A DNA stretch of 64,000 bases from an uncultured bacterium. GTDB lineage: Bacteria; Chloroflexota; UBA5177; JANWHV01. The notes below the pieces were generated by a model. That model did not search any database and was not told the DNA's origin. It worked only from the letters and a program-made list of their open reading frames with translations. A program made the translations under genes and the position numbers. The stretch spans positions 832,001 to 896,000 of the forward strand of contig CAWHAE010000012.1 of NCBI GenBank assembly GCA_963827235.1, given 5' to 3'. Below are positions 53,146 through 61,620 of this stretch, piece after piece; the stretch's first letter is position 1, and every line of letters begins with the position of its first letter.

Positions 53146-53457
53146 GGAACACATTGAGCTGGTGGAACGCGGATGACGCAGATGGGGCGGGATGCCGCAG
53201 ATCGGCGCCTGCCTCCCGAGCATCCGAACCCTGCTGGGCCAAATGCCAGGGCTGACGGGCCGCAAGACTCCAGGGAGGTAGGACCTTCCACACTGGGCCG
53301 GTCCGGCGGCCGGCGATGGCGACTTGGGACTGCTCTGGCTGCTCGCCGTGACGACGTGGGTCTTCCGCCGGAGCGGGCATCCGCCGGAGCGTATCGTGGA
53401 AAGGGCGGACCGGCCGCGGTCGCGGTGCGGCGAGCGGAGCCCGCGGCGCAGGGGCGC

Positions 53458-53787
53458 TCAGCCCGCCACCGCGCGCAACAACGCCATGGCGACGATGCCG
53501 GTGAGCACCGTGCCGAGCAGGCTGCGCGTGCGCGCCGCCACGAGCAGGGTTGGAAGGGCGGCCGGCAGGGCCAGGTTGTCCGGCGGCAGCGCCAGATGGC
53601 CGTCGGGTCGGGCGACGGACTGGGCGAGCAGCGCGGCCAACACGGCGATCGGTACATAGCCCAACCAGCGGACCAGCCAGGCGGGCAAGGCAACGCGGCT
53701 GAGCACCGCCAGCGGCAACACGCGCGGCACCACGGTCACCAGCGCCGATCCCAGGATGGCAGCCAGCACCCAGGCCCTCACTTCCAC
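53458..53787 (-). CDS. azlD: Branched-chain amino acid exporter small subunit
   Basis: VTVVPRVLP, WLGYVPIAVLAAL and RSLLGTVLTG; overlaps the azlC stop. Confidence 0.88.
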   Translation of the reverse strand: MEVRAWVLAAILGSALVTVVPRVLPLAVLSRVALPAWLVRWLGYVPIAVLAALLAQSVARPDGHLALPPDNLALPAALPTLLVAARTRSLLGTVLTGIVAMALLRAVAG

Positions 53788-54542
53788 GGCGAGCGCTCCT
53801 CCAGGATCACGCCGGCAGTCGCGGCCACGACGGCGGCGACGATGATCGCCCAGCTACCGGACACGATCTGGGCACCGCCCACGGCAACGGCGGCGGCAAG
53901 AGCGGCCACCGCGACGGCGTGGCTCATGCGCGGATGATTGGCGATTTGCAGCACCAGAAGCGCGGCAAACATGGCGGCCAGGGCGAAGTCCAGGCCGAGC
54001 GCGCGCGTATCCGGAATGGCGCGGCCGACCAGGGCGCCGGCCGTGGTCGCGCTGAGCCACGTCGTCTGCGCCGTGACGTTCAGCCCGAACAGCCACGGCG
54101 CGGCGAGCCTGCCGTCTTCCGTGACCTTGCTCATGGCGACGGAGAAGGTCTCGTCGGTGAGCTCGGCGCCGATCAGCACGCTCTTCCACCAGGGAAGGTG
54201 CTTCACGCGGGCCGAGAGGGCGGCGCTGTAGAGGAAATGGCGGATGTTGACCAGAAACACGGTCACCACGATGGCCGAGACGGAGGCGCCGGCGCCGATC
54301 AGACCGGCGGCCACGAACTGGGCCGAGCCGGCGTACAGCAGCAGCGACATGAGAGCCACCTCGAGCGGCGAGAGACCTGCAGTGCGCGCCACGACGCCGA
54401 AGGCTACGCCGATGGCCAGGTAGCCGAGCACAATCGGCAGGCAGGCACGAGCGCCGCCGGCGAAGCGATCGCCGGCTGCGGATCTCGCGGCCGGCTGCCG
54501 AGCGAGCAGATGGTCGGGGTCGAGCGCTGATTCCGGCTGCAT
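53778..54542 (-). CDS. azlC: Branched-chain amino acid exporter large subunit
   Basis: PIVLGYLAIGVAFG, YAGSAQF, VNIRH.LYS, LTDETF and GLDFAL.AMF. Confidence 0.92.
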   Translation of the reverse strand: MQPESALDPDHLLARQPAARSAAGDRFAGGARACLPIVLGYLAIGVAFGVVARTAGLSPLEVALMSLLLYAGSAQFVAAGLIGAGASVSAIVVTVFLVNIRHFLYSAALSARVKHLPWWKSVLIGAELTDETFSVAMSKVTEDGRLAAPWLFGLNVTAQTTWLSATTAGALVGRAIPDTRALGLDFALAAMFAALLVLQIANHPRMSHAVAVAALAAAVAVGGAQIVSGSWAIIVAAVVAATAGVILEERSPWK

Positions 54543-54895
54543 TCTGGGCGGCACCTTCGCGCTGCACCCGGCGTGCCGGTCCCGGCAGGCGGGATTCTCA
54601 GTGACCCGCGCGGTGCAGCTTGCTTCCCAGTATGACCGGCCCGGCGCCATTCCGGCCACCGGAGCGCCGTACACTGAGTGCAGTGAGCGCGCCCGAGCCA
54701 CGATTCGGCCGGGACCGCGGAACTCTCTGCACTGAGCATCCGGCAACTATCATACGAGGATGGCAGGGAGCGACTGTCTGCGGTGGGTGCCCCGGGCCGC
54801 GGCCGGGCGGTGTGCGCGAACTATGTTTCATCTGCCGGGATGGCGCTGCCTCAGCGGCACCATCGGGGACCGCGGCGAAGAGGAGAGCCCGCGAC

Positions 54896-55735
54896 ATGTA
54901 TGAGTATCGGCACAAGGTAGCACTGGTCACCGGCGCGTCGTCCGGCATTGGCGAGGCGTTTGCGCGCGCCCTGGCCCGCAGGCAGATGCGGCTCATTCTG
55001 GTAGCCAGATCCCGGGACAAGCTGACTCGCCTTGCCGCGGACCTGGTGGACAGGTATCGCGTGCAGGCCGAGGTGGTGGCCGTCGACCTGGCGGACGAGG
55101 ACGGGGTACGCTGCCTGCTTGCCGAGATCGAGCGTCTGCGGATGCCGGTCGACCTGCTGATCAACAACGCCGCGGTGGGCTGCTACGGCCCGTTCGAGAG
55201 CATCCCCCTGGAGCGCGACCGCCGGCAGGTGCTGCTCAACGTGGCGGCGGTGGTCGATCTCGCGCATGCCGTGGCACCGGGCATGCTGGAGCGAGGAGGC
55301 GGCGCAATCGTGAACGTCGGCTCCGTGCTGTCATACTGGCCGACGCCCTCGCACGCGGTCTACGCGGCCAGCAAAGCCTTCGTCCTGTCGTTCTCGCAGG
55401 CCCTGGCGGCGGAGTACGAGTCGCGCGGACTGCGCGTGCTGGCACTGTGCCCGGGATCCACGGCGACGAGCTTCGGCGAGGCGGCGGGGGCGCCGGCGTC
55501 GCGCGCGCGGTTCGGCGTGCTGAGCCGCCTGGTGGTGCGCCGGCCCGAGCAGGTGGTGCTGACGGCGATCAAGGCCCTGGAGTCCGGAGCTCCAGTAGTC
55601 GTGGACGGTCCGCTGAACCGCGCCGCGGTGCGCGTGCAACACCTGCTGCCGCGCATGCTGATCGCGCGTCTGATCGCCCGCCGGAGCCGGCCACCGCGCC
55701 CGCTGCCGGAAGCGGACACCACGCCGGGTCACTAG
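54896..55735 (+). CDS. Short-chain dehydrogenase/reductase (DltE-like)
   Basis: TGASSGIG, NNA, YAASK and LCPG; AGGAG RBS upstream of ATG 54896. Confidence 0.92.
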   Translation: MYEYRHKVALVTGASSGIGEAFARALARRQMRLILVARSRDKLTRLAADLVDRYRVQAEVVAVDLADEDGVRCLLAEIERLRMPVDLLINNAAVGCYGPFESIPLERDRRQVLLNVAAVVDLAHAVAPGMLERGGGAIVNVGSVLSYWPTPSHAVYAASKAFVLSFSQALAAEYESRGLRVLALCPGSTATSFGEAAGAPASRARFGVLSRLVVRRPEQVVLTAIKALESGAPVVVDGPLNRAAVRVQHLLPRMLIARLIARRSRPPRPLPEADTTPGH

Positions 55736-55879
55736 AGACGGGTATCGTGCAGGGCACCTCGAAGCAGGCGGGATTCTCGGCATTGGTTGACGTGTGGACC
55801 CTAAAGGATGCGGCGCCGACCGTGTCAACGAGTGGCAAGGTTGCCTCGAGTTTGCGACACGCCATTGAAAGCAGGGAGT

Positions 55880-56020
55880 GTCGTCACGAGCGGCACGCGC
55901 ACCTGGTACGGCGCGGACAACCAGGGCATGGGCCCACGCCGAAGGTGGGGAGGGGGCAGACGCTGGACGACGGCGCCAACGTGCTGGCCAGCCAGAGTTA
56001 CGACCGCCTCTGGCTTCGGG
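55880..56020 (+). pseudogene. RHS-repeat core remnant
   Basis: VTSGTRTWYGADNQG and, in another frame, QTLDDGANVLASQSYD match the RHS YxxDxLGSVRxxxDxxGxVxxxxxYD pattern. Confidence 0.55.
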
Positions 56021-56095
56021 AGAGCATCACAGTGCTATGGTATCGACGATGCCTCCCAGGCCAGTTCCGGCGGAGCTTACAGGAAGGTAGGTGCC

Positions 56096-56422
56096 GTGGA
56101 CAATCTCGACCAGTATGCGGATCTTTGGGGTTCTCGAGCCAAGGAGTATGTGCTCCTCAGGGGACCCGGCGTCATGTTGCCCTTCCACCTGCCCTCAGGG
56201 GGTGCGTTGATCATCGAGGATCATAAGACGGCGGTCGAAGTGGTGTCGCGCATGCAGAAAGCAGGCGTACCGGTCGTGGACGAGATAGCTCCGGGGCCCG
56301 ACTTCGAACGCATCAAGCGGGAGCAGGGCGATCCACAGCAGGTCCTGGACCGGCTCCTAGAGGGGTTCGCGCCATCACAGCCAGCGCGGAAGAAGCGAAA
56401 AGGAGGCCTCGATGCCGAGTAG
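56096..56422 (+). CDS. Small hypothetical protein, possibly an immunity protein
   Basis: AGGAAGGT upstream of GTG 56096; YADLW...YVLL...ALIIEDH...VVSRM.KAGVPVVD. Confidence 0.55.
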   Translation: MDNLDQYADLWGSRAKEYVLLRGPGVMLPFHLPSGGALIIEDHKTAVEVVSRMQKAGVPVVDEIAPGPDFERIKREQGDPQQVLDRLLEGFAPSQPARKKRKGGLDAE

Positions 56423-56439
56423 CGCCCACGGGTGATGAC

Positions 56440-56859
56440 ATGCCTGACCTGCACGGTGAGTTGCAAGATGATCCATGGACGGAGCTTGATGCTCAGGAGG
56501 TAACCGCGCATAGCGAAGGCGGCGAGCGTCTGCGTGCTGCCAAGCACGAGTTGATACCGATGGAACGCGAGGATATCCCCGGCTTTGCCAACGAGGAAGA
56601 AGAACACCAATTCAGGTCAACACATAGCCTAGGCCCGCGTTTGCTGGCAGAGATGAAGTCTGTACCGCCCGAAGGCGATGAGTGGGCGCCTCCCGCGCGC
56701 CCCCGCGCGGCGCGCTCTGTGCAGCTGCGTTTGGGCGATGACATCGTGACGCGCGCCAAGACCCTGGCGGCGTTGCGCCATACCGGCTACCAGACCTCGC
56801 TCAAAGAGTTCGTGATCGAACGGCTCTACGAGGAAGAGAAGCGCGTCGGGCTGCGGTAA
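56440..56859 (+). CDS. CopG/BrnA-type antitoxin, orphan and possibly decaying
   Basis: IPGFANEEEEHQF.STH followed by an RHH-like SVQLRL...GYQT.LKEFVIERL. Confidence 0.75.
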   Translation: MPDLHGELQDDPWTELDAQEVTAHSEGGERLRAAKHELIPMEREDIPGFANEEEEHQFRSTHSLGPRLLAEMKSVPPEGDEWAPPARPRAARSVQLRLGDDIVTRAKTLAALRHTGYQTSLKEFVIERLYEEEKRVGLR

Positions 56860-56876
56860 AACGGCCGAAGCAAGGC

Positions 56877-57767
56877 TCAGGTGCCGAAGGCAATCTCGGT
56901 TTGTACGTGCTCGGCGCGCGGACGATGCCAGTCGGATAGCCCGTAGCGCTCGCGGATCTCGGCCACCCGTGCATCGAGCCGCTCGACAGCCTCGCGTGGC
57001 GGATACTTGCCCGCGTAGAGGCGCGCGTGCAGCGGCACGAGGTCCGGGTATTCGTGCTGCAGGAAACGCATGTAGTGGGTGCGCTCGCCCGCCCCAAGGT
57101 GCAGCGCTCCGGCGGCGAAGAACGAGGCGCCGTGCTCCGCCGCCGCCCGCGCCGTCGCCTCCAGACTGTCGCCGCTGCTGCTCAGCCCGGGGATGATCGG
57201 CGCCGCCAGCACGCCGACCGGCACGCCAGCCCCGGCCAGCACGCTCATGGCCCGCAGCCGCTTGTCCGGAGGGGCGGTGCCGGGCTCGCTGGCCCGCCAG
57301 ACCGAGCGGTCCACGGTCGGTATGCTGAAGCACACCACGCAGCCCGCCCGCTGCGCGATGCCCGCCAGCAGCGCGCTGTCCCGCACGATCAGGGTGCCCT
57401 TGGTGACCAGGTTGAGCGGGTTGCGCGCCTCGTCCAGCACCTCGAGCATGCCGTGAGTCAGCCGGTAGCGCGCCTCCGCCGGCTGGTACGGATCGGTGGC
57501 AGTGCCGATGGATACGTTCTCCCGCCGCCACGAAGGCTGCCGCAGCTCCCAGCGAAGCAGATCGGGCGCGTTGATCTTGGCGAAGATGATCCCGGAGAAG
57601 TCGTCGTCGCCGTTGAGGTCCAGGTAGGTGTGGGTCCCGCGCGCGTAGCAATAGTGGCAGCCGTGCACGCAGCCGCGGTAGGGATTGATGCTCCACTTGA
57701 ACGGCATGCCGTGGACGCGATTGATGATACGCTTGGCGACGATCTCGCGGTATTCGACGGACGCCAT
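56877..57767 (-). CDS. SplB-like (Rv2578c/PA0069-type) radical SAM DNA-repair protein
   Basis: WSINPYRGCVHGCHYCYAR, GTATDPYQPAE and EPGTAPP..RL. Confidence 0.92.
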   Translation of the reverse strand: MASVEYREIVAKRIINRVHGMPFKWSINPYRGCVHGCHYCYARGTHTYLDLNGDDDFSGIIFAKINAPDLLRWELRQPSWRRENVSIGTATDPYQPAEARYRLTHGMLEVLDEARNPLNLVTKGTLIVRDSALLAGIAQRAGCVVCFSIPTVDRSVWRASEPGTAPPDKRLRAMSVLAGAGVPVGVLAAPIIPGLSSSGDSLEATARAAAEHGASFFAAGALHLGAGERTHYMRFLQHEYPDLVPLHARLYAGKYPPREAVERLDARVAEIRERYGLSDWHRPRAEHVQTEIAFGT

Positions 57768-57782
57768 GGATGCCCGCTTACT

Positions 57783-57805
57783 AGTTCATCTGTTCTAGTA
57801 TAGCA
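57783..57805 (-). promoter_or_regulatory. Extended -10 with an imperfect LexA box
   Basis: Minus strand TGcTATACT immediately followed by AGAACAGATGAACT. Confidence 0.55.
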
Positions 57806-57829
57806 GATCGTACCCTGGCAGGCAGCCGG

Positions 57830-58204
57830 TCAGCGGGCGAAGCGCTCGACCTTCTCAAACAGATCGCGCAGGGCAAACGGCTTGCCGAGCAAGCCGTCGG
57901 CATTGATCTCGCCGCCTCGCTTCTCCACGTCCGCCGCTGCCGTACACACGACGATCGGTGCCTTGGGACCGGGCCGACTGGCATAGGCCCTGGCGAAGTC
58001 CCAGCCGTCCATCACGGGCATCTTCATGTCGAGCAGGATCAGGTTCGGCACGAGGCTGCCCACCAGTGCCAGCGCGCTGGCGCCATTGTCGGCCTCGACG
58101 ACCTTGTACCCTTCGGTCTGCAGGGCGAGCTGCAAGAAGTCGCGGATGTTCTCGTCATCGTCCACCACCATGATGCACTTGACGCCGGCGGTCGGATACC
58201 CCAC
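57830..58204 (-). CDS. Single-domain response regulator (CheY-like)
   Basis: VVDDD, LLDMKMPVMDG and KPF; starts just after the kinase stop. Confidence 0.9.
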   Translation of the reverse strand: MGYPTAGVKCIMVVDDDENIRDFLQLALQTEGYKVVEADNGASALALVGSLVPNLILLDMKMPVMDGWDFARAYASRPGPKAPIVVCTAAADVEKRGGEINADGLLGKPFALRDLFEKVERFAR

Positions 58205-58205
58205 C

Positions 58206-59687
58206 TCAGGCTTCCACGTCCAGGGGAAGCAACACGGTGAATTCGGAGCCGCCGTCGGAAGGGAAGGCCACCTCCATCTTCCCGCCGTGCAGCTCGACGA
58301 TCTGGTGCGAGATGTACAGCCCGAGGCCCATGCCGGAGCGATGCATGCGCGAGTGCGCCTGGTAGTACCGGTCGAAGATATGGGCACGCTCTTCCTGGGG
58401 GATGCCTATCCCGTGGTCGCGCACGCTGATGCGAGCCCAACGGCCGGCATCGCACGAGCCGGTGACCACGATCTGCCCTCCGTCGGGGCTGTACTTGATT
58501 GCATTGTCGACCAGATTGGTGATCACCTGCTCCAGTCGCAGACTGTCCACCGTGCCGGCCATGCTCTCGGGAGCCCGAACGAGCAGCGTATGCGCCGTGG
58601 TCCGCGCCTGCGCATCCTGGGCAACGCCGCGAACGATCGGCACCAGGTCTGTCTGCTTGCGGTCCAGCCGAAGCCGCCCGGCCTCGATGCGCGAGGCGTC
58701 GAGCAGTTGGTTCACCAGCGCGTTCAGCTTTTCCGACTGCCTGGCAATGGTCTGCAGCGCTCGCCGTACCAGCGCGATCTCCGGCTCGCGGCCCCGCTCG
58801 TAGAGCCTGTCCAGCGCCTCGGCAAAGCCGAGCAAGCTGGTCAACGGCGTCTTGAGCTCGTGGGCGGCCACCGACAGGAACTCGTCCCGCTGCCGTACCG
58901 CCTGCTCCGCCGCCTCCGCACGCATGCGCTCGGATTCTGCGCGCTTGCGCTCCGAGATGTCGCGCACCACGGCCGTCACCAGCGTGTCACCCTCCGACAC
59001 GAAGGGACTCAAGCTGATCTCGACCGGAAAGGTGGTGCCGTCCTTTCTCTGACCGTACAGCTCCAGGCCGGCACCCATGGGGCGCAGTCGAGGATTCAGA
59101 TGGTAGCCGGCCCGATGCGCCGCGTGCTGCGCCCGGTACTGCTCCGGCACGAGCATGTCTATCGACATGTCGAGCAGCTCGGCACGGCCGTAGCCGAATA
59201 CCTGTGTCGCCTGCGAATTGACGAACACTATTCGTCCGCTGCGGTCGACGCTCACGATGGCATCGGGGGCCGATTCGAGCATGTTGCGCAGATACGCCTC
59301 GGTATGGACGAGCGTCTGCTCCGCCCGCTTGCGTTCCGTGATGTCCGTGTTGATCTCGAGCAGAGAGGGGGGGTCGCCGCGGCGACCTTCCCAGAGAGAC
59401 CAGCGGCTCTCCACGGTAACTTGCCTGCCGTCTCGCGTGTGGTGAATCAGCTCACCGCTCCACAGCCCCCGTGCACGCAAGATGCTCTGGATGTCCATGA
59501 ACGGCACGGGAAACCGGGTCTTCAGCAGGGCGTGGGTCGTCTTGCCCAGCGCCTCCGCCGCGGTCCATCCATAGAGGCGCTCCGCCGCCCTGTTCCACCG
59601 CAGTATGGTCGCAGTGGCAAGATCGCGAACGATAATCGCGTCGTTGGCCAGGTCGATAAGCTCGTCGCCCGCGGTTGTTCCGTCCAT
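58206..59687 (-). CDS. Cytoplasmic PAS-PAS histidine kinase
   Basis: Two PAS domains, AHELKTPL, NLVDNAIKYS, DHGIGI and GMGLGL. Confidence 0.93.
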   Translation of the reverse strand: MDGTTAGDELIDLANDAIIVRDLATATILRWNRAAERLYGWTAAEALGKTTHALLKTRFPVPFMDIQSILRARGLWSGELIHHTRDGRQVTVESRWSLWEGRRGDPPSLLEINTDITERKRAEQTLVHTEAYLRNMLESAPDAIVSVDRSGRIVFVNSQATQVFGYGRAELLDMSIDMLVPEQYRAQHAAHRAGYHLNPRLRPMGAGLELYGQRKDGTTFPVEISLSPFVSEGDTLVTAVVRDISERKRAESERMRAEAAEQAVRQRDEFLSVAAHELKTPLTSLLGFAEALDRLYERGREPEIALVRRALQTIARQSEKLNALVNQLLDASRIEAGRLRLDRKQTDLVPIVRGVAQDAQARTTAHTLLVRAPESMAGTVDSLRLEQVITNLVDNAIKYSPDGGQIVVTGSCDAGRWARISVRDHGIGIPQEERAHIFDRYYQAHSRMHRSGMGLGLYISHQIVELHGGKMEVAFPSDGGSEFTVLLPLDVEA

Positions 59688-59900
59688 AGCACTCCGAGAT
59701 TCCTGGTGAGCCCGGCGATCGCTAGCCTACCGAGGCATTGGACGAACTCTCTAGGCCTTATCACCTCCTTATACCGCGCCCGCCGGATTCTGGCAATGCG
59801 AGCCCACTCATGAACCGCCGTGCATCCCGTATCATGACCGTCAGGCCGGGCGAGCTGTGCCGCCGCCCGCCGTCCACGCTTATCGATGCGAGAGGTTCCC

Positions 59901-61601
59901 GTGCACCGAACGAAGCTCCTCTGTGAGACGCTGAGGCAGAGCCCGGCGGACGCCGAGTCTGCCGGCCACCAGTACCTGCTGCGCGGCAGCTACGTCCAGG
60001 CTCACGCCGCCGGCATCTATTCGCTGCTCCCACTCGGCGTGCGCGTGAAGCGCAAGATCGAGCAGATCATGCGCGAGGAGATGGATGCGATCGGTGGGCT
60101 GGAAATCGTGATGCCGGTCGTACAGCCGGCCGACCTCTGGCAGGAGAGCGGCCGCTGGCAGTCCGTCGGCCCGGAGCTGGCCAGACTTGTAGACCGCAGC
60201 GGTCGCGACCTCGTGCTGGCCATGACGCACGAAGAAGCCGTTACCGACGTGCTGCGCAAGCAGGTCACCTCCTACCGGCGGCTGCCGCTTCTGCTCTACC
60301 AGATCCAGACCAAGTTCCGCGACGAGCCGCGATCGCGCGGCGGACTGATCCGCCTGCGCGAGTTCACCATGAAGGACGCCTACAGCGCGGACGTGTCGCC
60401 TGAAGCGCTTGACGCCTCGTACCTCCGCGTCTTCGGCGCCTACCAGCGCATCTTCGAGCGCCTGCAACTTCCCGTTCTGCCGGTGGTCGCCGACGTTGGC
60501 ATGATGGGCGGCTCGGCGGCACATGAGTTCATGTTCCTGTCCGAGGTGGGTGAAGATACGGTGGTGCTCTGCGACGCCTGCGGATTCGCCGCCAACCAGC
60601 AGGTGGCGCCCTTCCGAAAGGACATCCCCCCGGCAGAGGAACCGCTGCCGCTGGAGCCCGTGGAGACGCCGGACACGCCGACGATCGCCTCGCTCGCCGC
60701 GCTGCTGCAGGTGCCTGCCTCGCGCACCGCGAAGGCGGCCTTCTTCGTGGCCGGAGACCGCCTCGTCTTCGCCGTCGTGCGCGGGGACATGGAGGTCAAC
60801 GAAACGAAGCTCGCCGCCGCGGTGGGCGCGCGCGAGCTTCGTTTTGCCTCCCCGGAGGACCTCGCGGGCACCGGTATCGTTCCCGGCTTTGCCTCCCCTA
60901 TCGGCGTGGACCGCGTGCTGGTCGTGGTCGACGACCTGGTGCCGCGATCGCCCAACCTGGTCGCGGGCGCCAATCGCCCGGGCTACCATCTTCGCAACAC
61001 GAACGTCCCCCGCGACTACCGCCCGGGCATCGTCGCCGACATCACGAAGGCGCAGGAGGGCGCGCCCTGCCCCAACTGTGGCGCGCCGCTTCGCCTGGCA
61101 CGCGCGGTCGAGGTCGGCAATATCTTCAAGCTGGGCACCCGCTATGCCCGGGCCCTGGGCGCCACCTACATGAACGAGGCCGGGCAGCCAGTCGACATCG
61201 AGATGGGTTCCTACGGCATCGGAGTCGAGCGGCTGATCGCTTGCTTGGCGGAAGCGCATCACGACGAGGACGGCTTGATCTGGCCCGCGGTCGTGTCGCC
61301 GTACCAGGTCTATCTCGTGGGCCTGGATCTTGAAATCGAGGCGGTCAGCACCGCCGCCGGCCGGCTCTATGATGAGCTTCAGGCGGCAGGCGTTGAGGTA
61401 CTGTACGACGACCGCGACGAGCGCGCCGGCGTGAAGTTCAAGGATGCCGATCTGCTCGGAATGCCGGTCCGTGTGACCGTCAGCAAGAGAACGCTGGCAC
61501 GCGAGGCCGTGGAGCTGAAACGGCGATCCGGAGGCGACGCCCGCGATCTGCCGCTCGACCGGGCTGCCCCAGCTATTGTCGAGGACCTCACCCAGCAGTG
61601 A
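59901..61601 (+). CDS. proS: Proline--tRNA ligase (bacterial type with INS editing domain)
   Basis: THEE, KFRDEPRSRGGLIRLREF.MKDAYS, EVGNIFKLG, MGSYGIG and GVKFKDADLLG; GAGAGG upstream of GTG 59901. Confidence 0.97.
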   Translation: MHRTKLLCETLRQSPADAESAGHQYLLRGSYVQAHAAGIYSLLPLGVRVKRKIEQIMREEMDAIGGLEIVMPVVQPADLWQESGRWQSVGPELARLVDRSGRDLVLAMTHEEAVTDVLRKQVTSYRRLPLLLYQIQTKFRDEPRSRGGLIRLREFTMKDAYSADVSPEALDASYLRVFGAYQRIFERLQLPVLPVVADVGMMGGSAAHEFMFLSEVGEDTVVLCDACGFAANQQVAPFRKDIPPAEEPLPLEPVETPDTPTIASLAALLQVPASRTAKAAFFVAGDRLVFAVVRGDMEVNETKLAAAVGARELRFASPEDLAGTGIVPGFASPIGVDRVLVVVDDLVPRSPNLVAGANRPGYHLRNTNVPRDYRPGIVADITKAQEGAPCPNCGAPLRLARAVEVGNIFKLGTRYARALGATYMNEAGQPVDIEMGSYGIGVERLIACLAEAHHDEDGLIWPAVVSPYQVYLVGLDLEIEAVSTAAGRLYDELQAAGVEVLYDDRDERAGVKFKDADLLGMPVRVTVSKRTLAREAVELKRRSGGDARDLPLDRAAPAIVEDLTQQ

Positions 61602-61620
61602 CCCGCGAGCACGCGATTGG

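Noticed and set aside
54543-54754. Assignment of the azlC leader to SAM-I, TPP, lysine or T-box classes
   Set aside because: Only isolated words match (CTGAGA, AAGGTGCC, ACCGCG) and their order and helices do not fit; kept as an unassigned candidate.
59759-59770. TATCACCTCCTT resembling the 16S rRNA 3' end or a perfect minus-strand SD
   Set aside because: No other rRNA sequence is nearby and no start codon lies at a usable distance from the SD.
58026-59813. Long antisense or overlapping ORFs (e.g. 58026-59813 +, 24853-26421 -, 42062-43672 -, 7732-9333 -)
   Set aside because: Shadow ORFs expected from high-GC codon bias opposite well-supported genes; no recognisable motifs.
59690-59900. T-box leader for proS
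   Set aside because: No GGTGGNACCGCG T-box sequence or terminator is visible.
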